Shown here one piece after another: positions 35,064 to 48,090 of a stretch of DNA of 64,000 nucleotides. The stretch comes from Angustibacter luteus (GTDB lineage: Bacteria > Actinomycetota > Actinomycetes > Actinomycetales > Angustibacteraceae). The notes beneath the pieces were generated by a model that ran no database searches, was not told where the DNA came from, and was given only the letters and a program-made list of their open reading frames with translations. A program made the position numbers and the translations under genes. The DNA lies in assembly GCF_039541115.1 (NCBI RefSeq), contig NZ_BAABFP010000004.1, positions 1 through 64,000 on the forward strand, written 5' to 3'. Position 1 is the stretch's first letter, and the number at the start of each line of letters is the position of its first letter.

Positions 35064-36718
35064 ACGCCGCCGCGATGGACGGCGCCGTGCTGCGCGCCGC
35101 GGACACCCCTGGTAGTCCCGGGGTCAACATCACCATCTTCGCCATCTTTGTCGCCGTGACCCTCGGCATCGTTTTCCGGGCCTCGCGCAACAACAAGAGC
35201 GCTGCGGACTACTACGCGGCCGGCCGCTCCTTCACCGGCCCGCAGAACGGCATCGCGATCTCCGGCGACTACCTCTCTGCCGCCAGCTTCCTGGGCATCG
35301 CCGGCGCCATCGCGATCAACGGCTACGACGGCTTCCTGTACTCGATCGGCTTCCTGGTCGCGTGGCTGGTCGCCCTGCTGCTGGTCGCCGAGCTGCTGCG
35401 CAACACGGGCCGGTTCACCATGGCCGACGTCCTGTCGTTCCGGTTGCGGCAGAGGCCGATCCGGATGGCCGCGGCGATCAGCACGCTGGTCGTCAGCTTC
35501 TTCTACCTGCTGGCCCAGATGGCCGGCGCCGGTGGCCTCGTCGCGCTGCTCCTGGGCGTCGACGGCAAGACCGGCCAGGGCATCGTCATCGCCGTCGTCG
35601 GCGTGATCATGGTGCTGTACGTCCTGATCGGTGGCATGAAGGGCACCACCTGGGTGCAGATCGTCAAGGCGGTCCTGCTGGTGATCGGTGCCGGCGTCAT
35701 GACGATCTGGGTGCTCAGCAAGTACGGCTTCAACCTGTCGGACCTGCTGGGCGCGGCCGTCGAGAAGAGCGCCAAGGGCGAGGGGATCCTCAGCCCGGGC
35801 CTGCAGTACGGCAAGACCGACACCTCGAAGCTGGACTTCATCTCGCTGTCGTTGGCCCTGGTGCTCGGCACCGCCGGCCTCCCGCACGTGCTGATGCGGT
35901 TCTACACCGTGCCCTCGGCCAAGGAGGCCCGGCGCAGCGTGGTCTGGGCGATCTGGATCATCGGCATCTTCTACCTGTTCACCCTGGTGATCGGGTACGG
36001 CGCCGCCGCCCTGGTGGGCCCGAAGACGATCGCCGCAGCCCCGGGCAAGGCCAACTCGGCGGCGCCACTGCTCGCGTTCGAGCTCGGCGGCACCCTGTTC
36101 CTCGGCCTGATATCCGCGATCGCGTTCGCCACGATCCTGGCGGTGGTCGCCGGGCTCACCATCACGGCCAGCGCCTCGTTCGCCCACGACATCTACGCCA
36201 ACGTGATCAAGAACGGCGAAGTCAACCCGGACGCCGAGGTCAAGGTCGCCCGCCGCGCCGCGATGGTGATCGGGGTGTGCGCGATCATCGGCGGCATCTT
36301 CGCCATCGGGCAGAACGTGGCCTTCCTGGTGGCGCTCGCGTTCGCGATCGCGGCGAGCGCCAACCTGCCGACCATCCTCTACTCGCTGTTCTGGAAGAGG
36401 TTCAACACCAGGGGCGCGCTGTGGTCGATGTACGGCGGCCTGATCTCGGCCGTCGTCCTGATCATCTTCTCGCCGGTCGTGTCCGGGAAGCCGGCCGACC
36501 CGGTGACCGGCAAGAGCCTGTCGATGATCACGGACACCTCGATCGACTTCCACTGGTTCCCGCTGGACAACCCTGGTCTCGTCTCGATCCCGCTGGCCTT
36601 CTTCCTCGGCTGGATCGCCACGCTGACCAGCAAGGAGAGCTCGAGCCGCGAGAAGTACGCCGAGATGGAGGTCCGCTCGCTCACCGGGGCCGGCGCCGAG
36701 AAGGCGGTCATCCACTAG
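35060..36718 (+). CDS. actP: cation/acetate (monocarboxylate) symporter
   Basis: DYYAAGRSFTGPQNG, GDYLSAASFLG, GTAGLPHVLMRFYTV; follows DUF485 and lies upstream of acs. Confidence 0.92.
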   Translation: MNAAAMDGAVLRAADTPGSPGVNITIFAIFVAVTLGIVFRASRNNKSAADYYAAGRSFTGPQNGIAISGDYLSAASFLGIAGAIAINGYDGFLYSIGFLVAWLVALLLVAELLRNTGRFTMADVLSFRLRQRPIRMAAAISTLVVSFFYLLAQMAGAGGLVALLLGVDGKTGQGIVIAVVGVIMVLYVLIGGMKGTTWVQIVKAVLLVIGAGVMTIWVLSKYGFNLSDLLGAAVEKSAKGEGILSPGLQYGKTDTSKLDFISLSLALVLGTAGLPHVLMRFYTVPSAKEARRSVVWAIWIIGIFYLFTLVIGYGAAALVGPKTIAAAPGKANSAAPLLAFELGGTLFLGLISAIAFATILAVVAGLTITASASFAHDIYANVIKNGEVNPDAEVKVARRAAMVIGVCAIIGGIFAIGQNVAFLVALAFAIAASANLPTILYSLFWKRFNTRGALWSMYGGLISAVVLIIFSPVVSGKPADPVTGKSLSMITDTSIDFHWFPLDNPGLVSIPLAFFLGWIATLTSKESSSREKYAEMEVRSLTGAGAEKAVIH

Positions 36719-36733
36719 CCCCACCCGCACAAC

Positions 36734-36812
36734 CCGGTTCCGCCACTCGGGCCGGTTTCCGCCACTCAGGCCGCTCCCCGACGTCCCGGGAGCGGCCTGA
36801 GTGGCGAAAACG
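36734..36812. repeat. REP-like hairpin with a duplicated left arm
   Basis: CGCCACTCAGGCCGCTCCC (36760-36778) pairs with GGGAGCGGCCTGAGTGGCG (36788-36806); a partial direct copy lies just upstream. Confidence 0.8.
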
Positions 36813-36865
36813 GACAGCAGTCATATAGTCCGGCTATCCACCCTGAGAACCACGGAGGCTCCCTG

Positions 36866-37711
36866 ATGACCCGACGGCTACGGATGACGGCTCTGGCCGG
36901 CGCACTCGCGCTGGGCCTGGTCGGCGGCGGAGTGGCGCTCGCCGACACGCCCTCCCCCGCGATCACCACCTTCACGCCGCGCTCCGAAGCGCAGATCACG
37001 AACATCGACGTGCTGCGCCAGCAGATCCGCAACTACTACGGCGACCCGCTGGGCACCGGCGTCTTCGCCGCGGACGGCAACTACGCCAAGGAGGCCACCG
37101 GCGTGGCCAAGTCCGGCACGCGCTACCTGTCCGGGGGCCAGCACGGACCGCACGGCAAGGCGTCGACGTCGCACGCCAGGAAGGCGATCCTGCTGGACGT
37201 CGACGACACCACCCTGGCGACCTGGAACTACGAGATCGTCAGCAACTGGGCGTACAACCCGACCACGAACGCCGACTACGTGAACGGCCAGAAGTTCCCC
37301 GCCGTGCCGGGCATGGTCGGCCTGGTGAAGTACGCCGCCGACCACGGGTACGCGGTCTTCTACCTGACCGGACGCCCGACCACCCAGGAGGCCGCGACGC
37401 TCGGCAACCTGACCTCGGACGGCGTGGGCGTGGACGCGGGCTACCCCGCCCCGACCACGTTGCCGAACGGCGAGGACGGCCTGTTCACCAAGCCGGCCGT
37501 GGCCGACTACCCGGGCTACCTGAAGACCGCCTGCGTGAACGACCCGGACGGCAAGTGCACGACGATCCACTACAAGTCCGCGACCCGGGCGCACATCGAG
37601 TCGCTCGGCTACGACATCGTCGCGAACTTCGGCGACCAGTACAGCGACCTCAAGGGCGGGTACGCCGACCGCACCTTCAAGCTGCCGAACCCGAACTACT
37701 TCCTGCCCTGA
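36866..37711 (+). CDS. secreted HAD-family acid phosphatase
   Basis: Signal peptide ending ALA; LLDVDDTTL, YLTGR, NFGDQYSDL, KLPNPNY; GGAGG RBS. Confidence 0.9.
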   Translation: MTRRLRMTALAGALALGLVGGGVALADTPSPAITTFTPRSEAQITNIDVLRQQIRNYYGDPLGTGVFAADGNYAKEATGVAKSGTRYLSGGQHGPHGKASTSHARKAILLDVDDTTLATWNYEIVSNWAYNPTTNADYVNGQKFPAVPGMVGLVKYAADHGYAVFYLTGRPTTQEAATLGNLTSDGVGVDAGYPAPTTLPNGEDGLFTKPAVADYPGYLKTACVNDPDGKCTTIHYKSATRAHIESLGYDIVANFGDQYSDLKGGYADRTFKLPNPNYFLP

Positions 37712-37723
37712 CCGACCCGGGGT

Positions 37724-37793
37724 TGCTCACCCCAGGCCGCTCTGCTCACCCCAGGCCGCTCCCGGAAGCCCCGGGAGCGGCTCTGGGTGAGCA
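37724..37793. repeat. REP-like hairpin with a duplicated left arm
   Basis: TGCTCACCCCAGGCCGCTC twice (37724, 37743), then the inverted arm CCGGGAGCGGCTCTGGGTGAGCA. Confidence 0.8.
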
Positions 37794-37922
37794 AGCCGCG
37801 CACCAGAGCAGCCGTTGGGCGACTGAGAGCGACCGCTGACCCAGGCGCCCCTGTCGGACGCCGGAGCCGCTGGCTAGGGTCGGACGCGGACGACGACGAC
37901 CACGCGCGCGGAGGATGCCCCC

Positions 37923-39893
<1,971 letters not shown>

Positions 39894-39909
39894 CTCCGGC
39901 CGGGCGGCG

Positions 39910-40830
39910 TCAGGAGTCCGTCGGACGCCGCCGGGTCAGCTCGAGCAGCAGGGTCGTCGCGACGGCGACCCCGACGGCGACGACCCAGGGCAGCCACGGA
40001 CGCAGAGCAGGGTCGGCCGCGGCCTTCGTCACGTCCCAGAACTGCTGGACCAGGTCGGTGACCGCCTCCCCCGCCCGCGGGTGCTCCGGGAGGTTCACCA
40101 GGCCGGTGACGGGTGGCGCCACGGCGTAGGCGGCCGCGGCGCAGACCGGCCACCAGAGCAGGCGGTACCAGGGTTGCGAGCCGGCGACCACGAAGGCGAC
40201 CGCGACGAGCGCGGCCGTGCCCCAGGTCGTGGCCCGCCACGGCAGCTGGTCGTGGCCGAGGGCGGCGGCCAGGCCGGCGACCCAGCTCGGTGACAACCCG
40301 GCGAGCAAGGACAGCGCGAGTGCGAGACCCAGCCGTCCACTCGTGCCGACGGCGCCGATCACCCAGCCGGCCAGCGCGGCCCCCACGACCACGGCCGACA
40401 GCCCGGTCACCACCCGCGCGTCAGCGACGAAGGCGCCGGGCGGAGCCGTCTCGACCACCAGCCGCCGGGACACTGACAGGGTCGCGACCACGCCGACCAG
40501 AACGCCGCCCGACGTCGCGAGCAGCGCCAGGCCACGCCGCGGCACCAACCACCCGCACAGTCCGGCGACGATGCCACCGACAACGCCCCCGACCACGAGG
40601 ACAGTCAGGTGCGGGGTGTCCAGCGGCAGCGGTGTGCGGCCGGCGACGGCGAGCCCGTCCAACAGGTCGGCGCCGGACCGGCCGCTCGCCCCCGCGACGA
40701 GCCACGGCAGGAAGCCCACGGACCACCACAGCACGGCCGCGACGGGCAGCACGAGCCAGGTCGGCCGGTCCGGACGGCGCAGCCCAGGATCGTGGGTCAT
40801 CTCGTCGGCGAGGAGCGTCACGGCGGTCAC
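39910..40830 (-). CDS. multi-pass membrane protein of unknown function
   Basis: About 8 hydrophobic segments; start could be 40800. Confidence 0.7.
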   Translation of the reverse strand: MTAVTLLADEMTHDPGLRRPDRPTWLVLPVAAVLWWSVGFLPWLVAGASGRSGADLLDGLAVAGRTPLPLDTPHLTVLVVGGVVGGIVAGLCGWLVPRRGLALLATSGGVLVGVVATLSVSRRLVVETAPPGAFVADARVVTGLSAVVVGAALAGWVIGAVGTSGRLGLALALSLLAGLSPSWVAGLAAALGHDQLPWRATTWGTAALVAVAFVVAGSQPWYRLLWWPVCAAAAYAVAPPVTGLVNLPEHPRAGEAVTDLVQQFWDVTKAAADPALRPWLPWVVAVGVAVATTLLLELTRRRPTDS

Positions 40831-40927
40831 CCTAGTCAGGGCGAGCCCGATTCAGCCCGACTTCACCGGATTCCGTGGTGTCTACCCTGAATCGTGCTGG
40901 AGCGGACTCGAAGCGCATACTGCCCAG

Positions 40928-41323
40928 ATGACCAGCCAGACCATCGCCGAGGTCGCCGAGCACTGCGGCCTGACCGCGCACACCCTTCGCTACTACGAGC
41001 GCGACGGGCTCCTCCTGCGACCGGTTCCGCGCACGTCGTCCGGGCACCGCGCGTACGGCGCCTACGACGTCCGCTGGATCGAGCTGGTCACCCGGCTGCG
41101 GGCCACCGGGATGCCGATCCGCGAGGTCAAGGCGTACACCGAGCTGGTGCGGGCCGGCGACGGCAACGAGTCCGAACGACTGGCGCTGCTGCGAGCGCAC
41201 CGCGACCGGGTCCTGGCCCAGCTGGCCGAGGTCACCTCCCACCTGGGCGCCATCGACGCGAAGATCGGCATCTACCAGGACCGGATCGACCAGCCCGGGG
41301 CTCCGGTTCGCGCCACCGCTTGA
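40928..41323 (+). CDS. MerR-family regulator
   Basis: TIAEVAEHCGLTAHTLRYYERDGLL...LRATGMPI; CATACT 6 nt before ATG (leaderless). Confidence 0.92.
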   Translation: MTSQTIAEVAEHCGLTAHTLRYYERDGLLLRPVPRTSSGHRAYGAYDVRWIELVTRLRATGMPIREVKAYTELVRAGDGNESERLALLRAHRDRVLAQLAEVTSHLGAIDAKIGIYQDRIDQPGAPVRATA

Positions 41324-41350
41324 CTTCGAGCGCGCTCAAAGGCGTTGGGT
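41320..41350 (+). promoter_or_regulatory. MerR-type promoter/operator
   Basis: TTGACT followed by the dyad TTCGAGCGCGCTCAAA in the spacer; a related dyad TGGAGCGGACTCGA lies at 40898-40911. Confidence 0.65.
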
Positions 41351-41356
41351 GGAGAC

Positions 41357-42367
<1,011 letters not shown>

Positions 42368-42368
42368 T

Positions 42369-42415
42369 CGTCAACCCTGGGTTGACGTCCCGCCGGCGTC
42401 AACCTAGGGTTGACG
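42369..42415. promoter_or_regulatory. two tandem palindromic operators
   Basis: CGTCAACCCTGGGTTGACG (42369-42387) and CGTCAACCTAGGGTTGACG (42397-42415), just before ATG 42418. Confidence 0.8.
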
Positions 42416-42417
42416 GC

Positions 42418-43179
42418 ATGACGAGCTCCGTGCCGCTGACCGGCCAGATCCGCCTCGACGACCTGATCGAGGCCATCACCAAGGTCCACTCCGACGCCCT
42501 CGACCAGCTGACCGACGCCGTGCTGGCCGCCGACCACCTCGGCGAGGTCGCCGACCACCTCATCGGCCACTTCGTGGACCAGGCCCGCCGCTCCGGTGCG
42601 TCGTGGACCGACATCGGTCGCAGCATGGGCGTCACCAAGCAGGCGGCGCAGAAGCGCTTCGTGCCCAAGGAGTCCGGCGAACCTGACCTCGACCCCAGCC
42701 AGGGGTTCACCCGGTTCACCGACCGGGCGCGCAACGTGGTGGCGGCAGCCCAGAACGAGGCGCGGGGGGCGGGCAACGACCGGGTCGGCGCGGCGCACCT
42801 CACCCTGGGCCTGCTGGCCGAGCCGGAGGGCCTCGGCGTCCTGGCCGTGGTCGCCCAGGGCGTCTCGACGGAGCAGGTACGCGAGGCCGTGCGGGTCGTC
42901 CTGCCCGCGGCCGTCGACGACGTCCCGGTGCTCATTCCCTACGACGTGACCGCGAAGAAGGCCCTCGAGCTGACGTTCCGGGAGGCGCTGCGGCTCGGGC
43001 ACAACTACGTCGGAACCGAGCACGTCCTGCTGGCCCTGCTGGAGAACGAGGACGGCGACGGCCCGCTCAGCACGCTCGGCATCGACAAGGCCGCCGCCGA
43101 GGAGAACGTGATCGCGACCCTCGCCACCCTCTCGTGGTCGAGGGACGCGGACGAGGCCGCCGGGGGCAGCGGGGCCTAG
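42418..43179 (+). CDS. HTH plus Clp N-terminal repeat protein (ClpC2-like), no AAA+ domain
   Basis: DHLIGHFVDQARRSGASWTDIGRSMGVTKQAAQKRF; FTRFTDRARNVV; EALRLGHNYVGTEHVLL. Confidence 0.88.
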   Translation: MTSSVPLTGQIRLDDLIEAITKVHSDALDQLTDAVLAADHLGEVADHLIGHFVDQARRSGASWTDIGRSMGVTKQAAQKRFVPKESGEPDLDPSQGFTRFTDRARNVVAAAQNEARGAGNDRVGAAHLTLGLLAEPEGLGVLAVVAQGVSTEQVREAVRVVLPAAVDDVPVLIPYDVTAKKALELTFREALRLGHNYVGTEHVLLALLENEDGDGPLSTLGIDKAAAEENVIATLATLSWSRDADEAAGGSGA

Positions 43180-43412
43180 GAGGAGGTCGCCCGGTCCACG
43201 GCCCGCTTGGCCGCCGCGGTCAGCTGCTCCTGCACCACCGGCGCCTGCTCGCGGGCGAAGGCCTTGGCCTGCTCGACCTGCTCCTGCACGGTGGGGCTGT
43301 CCCAGAAGTCCTTGGCCTGGCCCTTGAGCTCCTCGTAGCTCCGGCGGCCGGACCGGGACCCCAGCACGTACCCGACGGCGACCCCCGTCGCCAGCAACAG
43401 CTTGCCCTTCAT
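43176..43412 (-). CDS. small YtxH-like protein
   Basis: MKGKLLLATGVAVGYVLGSRSGRRSYE; GAGGAG RBS. Confidence 0.8.
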   Translation of the reverse strand: MKGKLLLATGVAVGYVLGSRSGRRSYEELKGQAKDFWDSPTVQEQVEQAKAFAREQAPVVQEQLTAAAKRAVDRATSS

Positions 43413-43489
43413 GACGTGCTCCTCTCGTTGGTCCGACCTCTACCTCACCAGCCACCCGCCCTTTGCGCACCCCCAGACGCTGCGCAGAG

Positions 43490-45223
43490 TCAGCGGGTGG
43501 CCGTGACCTGCCGCAGGCCGGGCCGCACCTCATGCGCCTCGCGCCGGGCGGAGTCGCTGGCCGAGTCGTCGGGCAGGTCCTGCGAGCGGCGCTCGGCCGC
43601 GACCCGCTCGGTGTAGCTGTCGACCTCGGCCGCGATCGCGCTCTCGTCCCAACCGAGCACGTCGGCCACCAGCTCGGCGGCCTCGCGGGCGGCGTCCACG
43701 CCGCGGTGCCGGGTCTCGATCGACATCCGGGTCCGCCGGGCCAGCAGGTCGTCCAGGTGCAGCGCCCCCTCGTGGGTAGCGCCGTACCGCAGCTCGGCCC
43801 GCAGGTACTCCTGGGCGGCCGGCACCGGCTCGAGCAGGGTCGGGTCGTCGTCCGCGAGCGAGAGCACCTCGCCCAGCAGCGAGCCGTAGCGACCCAGCAG
43901 GTGCTCGATCCGCCACGGCGGCAGCCCCGTCTCGCGGCCCAGCTCGGGAGCGAGGTTCACCATCGCGGCGTACCCCTCGGCGCCGACCAGCGGCACGTGC
44001 TCCGTCACCGACGGGCGCAGCGGGCCGAGGTCGACCGCGGCCGCGTCCACCGCATCGGCCGCCATCACCCGGTACGTCGTGTACTTGCCGCCCGCGATCG
44101 AGATGAGCCCCGGCTGGGGGCGGGCCACCGCGTGCTCGCGGGACAGCTGGCTGGAGTCCTCGTCCTCGCCGGCCAGCAGGGGTCGCAGGCCGGCGTACAC
44201 GCCCAGGATGTCCTTGCGGGACAACGGGATCGACAGCACGGTGTTGACGGTGTCGAGGATGAAGTCCAGGTCGGTGGAGGTCGCCGCCGGGTGCGCCAGG
44301 TCGAACTGCCAGTCCGTGTCGGTGGTGCCGACGATCCAGTGCTGGCCCCACGGGATGACGAACAGCACGCTGCGCTCGGTGCGCAGGATCAGGCCGACCT
44401 CACCGGCGATCCGGTCACGCGGGACCACGATGTGCACGCCCTTGCTGGCCCGCACCCGGAACCGCCCGCGGCCACCGGACATCCGTTGCAGGTCGTCGGT
44501 CCACACGCCGGTCGCGTTCACCACGACCTTGGACCGGATCCGTTGCGTGGCACCGGTCTCGACGTCCCGGACGACGGCGCCGACCACGCGGTCGGCCTCG
44601 CGCACCAGCTCGACCACCTCGGTCGACGACCGCACCTGCGCGCCGTAGTGGAACGCCGTGCGCGCCACCGTGAGCGTGTGCCGGGCGTCGTCCGCCTGGG
44701 CGTCGTAGTACTGCACCGCACCGACCAGCGCGTCCCGCCGCAGCCCCGGAAAGCGTTTCAGCGCACCGGATCTGGACAGGTGCTTCTGCCGCGGGACCGA
44801 CCGTGCACCGCCCATCTGGTCGTACAGGGTCAGCCCGGCCGCGACGTACGGGCGTTCCCAGCCGCGGTGCGACAGCGGGTACAGGAACGGCACGGGACGC
44901 ACCAGGTGCGGCGCGATCCGGGTCAGCATCAGCTCGCGCTCGCGCAACGCCTCGGCCACGAGCCGGAAGTTCAGCTGCTCGAGGTACCGCAGCCCGCCGT
45001 GGAACAGCTTGCTCGAGCGGGACGACGTCCCGCTGGCGAAGTCCCGGGCCTCGACCAGGCCGGTGCGCAGGCCACGGGTGGCGGCGTCCAGCGCCACCCC
45101 GGCCCCGGTGACCCCACCGCCGACGACCAGGACGTCGAGCTCGCGCGCTCCCAGCTCGTCCCAGGCCTCCCGGCGCTCGGCCGGGCCAAGACGCATCGTG
45201 GTCGTCGCGAGAGCAGGGGCCAT
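43490..45223 (-). CDS. glpD: FAD-dependent glycerol-3-phosphate dehydrogenase
   Basis: VVGGGVTG, GTSSRSSKLFHGGLRYL, NATGVW, GLRPL, GGKYTTYR. Confidence 0.94.
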   Translation of the reverse strand: MAPALATTTMRLGPAERREAWDELGARELDVLVVGGGVTGAGVALDAATRGLRTGLVEARDFASGTSSRSSKLFHGGLRYLEQLNFRLVAEALRERELMLTRIAPHLVRPVPFLYPLSHRGWERPYVAAGLTLYDQMGGARSVPRQKHLSRSGALKRFPGLRRDALVGAVQYYDAQADDARHTLTVARTAFHYGAQVRSSTEVVELVREADRVVGAVVRDVETGATQRIRSKVVVNATGVWTDDLQRMSGGRGRFRVRASKGVHIVVPRDRIAGEVGLILRTERSVLFVIPWGQHWIVGTTDTDWQFDLAHPAATSTDLDFILDTVNTVLSIPLSRKDILGVYAGLRPLLAGEDEDSSQLSREHAVARPQPGLISIAGGKYTTYRVMAADAVDAAAVDLGPLRPSVTEHVPLVGAEGYAAMVNLAPELGRETGLPPWRIEHLLGRYGSLLGEVLSLADDDPTLLEPVPAAQEYLRAELRYGATHEGALHLDDLLARRTRMSIETRHRGVDAAREAAELVADVLGWDESAIAAEVDSYTERVAAERRSQDLPDDSASDSARREAHEVRPGLRQVTATR

Positions 45224-45243
45224 GACTCGATTATGGTCTGCTC

Positions 45244-46743
45244 ATGTACGTCGCGGCGATCGACCAGGGAACGACGAGCACGCGATGCCTCGTCGTCGAC
45301 CACGGCGGTCGGGTGGTCGCCGGCCACCAGCTCGAGCACCGGCAGATCCTGCCGCGCGCCGGCTGGGTCGAGCACGACGCCACGGAGATCTGGGAGAACA
45401 CCCGCGAGGTCTGCGCCGGCGCGCTCGCCCGGGCCGACCTGAAGCCGCACGACATCGCGGCCGTCGGCATCACCAACCAGCGCGAGACGACGCTCGTCTG
45501 GGACCGCACGACCGGCCAGCCCATCCACCCGGCGATCGTCTGGCAGGACACCCGCACGGAGGCGATCTGCCGCCGGCTCGGCGAGGACGGCGGCCCGGAC
45601 CGCTACCGAGAGCGCACCGGCCTGCCGCTGGCCACCTACTTCGCCGGACCGAAGATCGCCTGGATCCTGGACCACGTGGACGGCGCCCGGCAGCGCGCCG
45701 AGGCCGGCGAGCTCGCGTTCGGCACGATGGACTCGTGGCTGGTCTGGAACATGACCGGCGGCCCGGACGGCGGGCTGCACGTCACCGACGTGACGAACGC
45801 GTCGCGCACCCTGCTGATGGACCTGCGCACCTTGGCGTGGGACGAGGAGATCGCTGCCGACCTCGGCGTCCCGCTCGCGATGCTGCCGCAGATCCGCTCG
45901 TCGTCCGAGGTGTACGGCACCGTCCGCGAGGGCGGCGTGCTCGCCGGGGTGCCGATCGCGGGCATCCTCGGTGACCAGCACGCGGCCACGTTCGGCCAGG
46001 TCTGCTTCGAGCCCGGCATGGCCAAGAACACCTACGGCACCGGCAACTTCGTGCTCCTCAACACCGGCACCGAGCCGGTCGTCAGCGAGCACGGGCTGCT
46101 CACCACCGTCTGCTACCGGATCGGTGACGAGCCCGCGGTCTACGCGCTCGAGGGCTCGGTCGCCGTCACCGGGTCACTCGTGCAGTGGCTGCGCGACAAC
46201 CTGGGGCTCATCGCCTCGGCGGAGGAGATCGAGCCGCTCGCGCGCACCGTGGACGACAACGGCGGGGCGTACGTCGTCCCCGCGTTCAGCGGGCTCTTCG
46301 CCCCGCACTGGCGCTCGGACGCCCGCGGCGCGATCGTCGGCCTCACCCGCTTCGTCGACCGCGGGCACCTGGCCCGCGCGGCGCTGGAGGCCGCGGCGTT
46401 CCAGTCGCAGGAGGTCATCGAGGCGATGGCCGCCGACTCCGGCGTGCAGCTCAGTGAGCTCAAGGTGGACGGCGGGATGGTGGCCAACGAGCTGCTCATG
46501 CAGTTCCAGGCCGACCTGCTCGGCGTCGACGTCGTGCGGCCCGTGGTCGCCGAGACCACGGCGCTGGGCGCGGCGTACGCCGCCGGGCTCGCGGTCGGGT
46601 TCTGGGACAGCGCCGCCGAGCTGGTCGCCAACTGGGCCGAGGACAAGCGGTGGACGCCGCAGATGCCGGACGACGAGCGGCAGCGGCTGCTCGGCCAGTG
46701 GGCGAAGGCCGTCCAGCGCACCCTGGACTGGGAGACGACATGA
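45244..46743 (+). CDS. glpK: glycerol kinase
   Basis: [38 protein letters not shown]. Confidence 0.96.
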   Translation: MYVAAIDQGTTSTRCLVVDHGGRVVAGHQLEHRQILPRAGWVEHDATEIWENTREVCAGALARADLKPHDIAAVGITNQRETTLVWDRTTGQPIHPAIVWQDTRTEAICRRLGEDGGPDRYRERTGLPLATYFAGPKIAWILDHVDGARQRAEAGELAFGTMDSWLVWNMTGGPDGGLHVTDVTNASRTLLMDLRTLAWDEEIAADLGVPLAMLPQIRSSSEVYGTVREGGVLAGVPIAGILGDQHAATFGQVCFEPGMAKNTYGTGNFVLLNTGTEPVVSEHGLLTTVCYRIGDEPAVYALEGSVAVTGSLVQWLRDNLGLIASAEEIEPLARTVDDNGGAYVVPAFSGLFAPHWRSDARGAIVGLTRFVDRGHLARAALEAAAFQSQEVIEAMAADSGVQLSELKVDGGMVANELLMQFQADLLGVDVVRPVVAETTALGAAYAAGLAVGFWDSAAELVANWAEDKRWTPQMPDDERQRLLGQWAKAVQRTLDWETT

Positions 46744-48029
46744 GCTCGCCTGCTCCGCGACGGTTCCTGACCCGACCGAGCAGCTGGCCCGAGGCCCGGT
46801 TCGTCGCTGACGCGCTGCGCGCCGAGACGGTCGGCGGCATGCTCCTGCTGGCGGCGGCCGTCATCGCCATGGTCTGGGCGAACTCGCCGTGGCGCGACGG
46901 CTACCTGCGCGTGCAGACGTTCAAGATCGGCCCCGAGGCCCTGGACCTGCACATCTCGTTGGCGCACTGGGCCTCCGACGGCCTGCTCGCCGTGTTCTTC
47001 CTGGTGGCCGGTCTCGAGCTCAAGCGGGAGCTGGTGGTCGGCGACCTGAGCGACGTCCAGCGCGCGATCCTGCCCGTCGTCGCCGCGATCTGCGGGGTGG
47101 TCGTCCCGGCCCTGTTCTACCTGGCCGTCGTGGCGGGCGTCGACGGAGCCGGGCGTGGGTGGGCCGTGCCCACGGCGACGGACATCGCGTTCGCCCTCGC
47201 AGCGCTGGCGGTGCTCGGCTCGCACCTGCCCTCCGCGCTGCGCTCGTTCCTGCTCACCCTGGCCGTCGTCGACGACCTGATCGCCATCACGATCATCGCC
47301 GTCTTCTACACCGACGACCTGAAACCGTTGCTGCTGCTGGGCTCTGCGGTGCCGCTCGTCGCCTTCTGGCTGGTGGCGCGACGCCGGGTCGCGCCGTGGT
47401 GGCTGCTCGTGCCCCTTGGCCTGGCCACCTGGACGATGGTGCATGCGTCCGGCGTGCACGCGACGGTCGCCGGCATGGCGCTGGCCTTCACCGTCCCCGT
47501 GCGACCCCACGAGGGCGACAGCGACTCCCGCGCCGAGCACGTGGAGCATGCGATCCGACCCCTGTCGGCCGGGTTCTGCGTGCCCGTGTTCGCCCTGCTG
47601 GCCTCGGGGGTGACGCTGGTCGGCGGCGGCCTCGGGGACGCCGTCAGCGACCGGGTGACCTGGGCCGTCGTCGTCGCCCTGGTCGCGGGCAAGCTCGTCG
47701 GGGTCTTCGGTGGGACGTTCCTCACCGCACGGCTGACCCGCGCGCAGCTGGACGACGACCTGGCCTGGGGCGACGTCCTGGGGCTGTCGCTGCTCGGCGG
47801 GATCGGCTTCACCGTGAGCCTCCTGGTCGGTGAGCTCGCGTTCGAGGACGACCCGGCCCGGCACGCGCACGTCAAGCTCGGTGTGCTGATCGCCTCGGTG
47901 CTGGCCGCCCTGCTCGCCGCGGTGGTGCTGCGTCGACGTGAGCGCGCCTACCGCACGATCGCCGAACGAGACTCCCGGGACGACGACGGGGACGGCGTCC
48001 CGGACGTCTACCAGCCCGGCCGCGGCTGA
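46740..48029 (+). CDS. nhaA: Na+/H+ antiporter NhaA
   Basis: [39 protein letters not shown] overlap with glpK. Confidence 0.95.
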   Translation: MSSPAPRRFLTRPSSWPEARFVADALRAETVGGMLLLAAAVIAMVWANSPWRDGYLRVQTFKIGPEALDLHISLAHWASDGLLAVFFLVAGLELKRELVVGDLSDVQRAILPVVAAICGVVVPALFYLAVVAGVDGAGRGWAVPTATDIAFALAALAVLGSHLPSALRSFLLTLAVVDDLIAITIIAVFYTDDLKPLLLLGSAVPLVAFWLVARRRVAPWWLLVPLGLATWTMVHASGVHATVAGMALAFTVPVRPHEGDSDSRAEHVEHAIRPLSAGFCVPVFALLASGVTLVGGGLGDAVSDRVTWAVVVALVAGKLVGVFGGTFLTARLTRAQLDDDLAWGDVLGLSLLGGIGFTVSLLVGELAFEDDPARHAHVKLGVLIASVLAALLAAVVLRRRERAYRTIAERDSRDDDGDGVPDVYQPGRG

Positions 48030-48090
48030 GCGCTGGGGCCGCCCACCCCGTAGGCTCGCGCCAGGACCGACCGCCCAGGAGGAACCAGCC

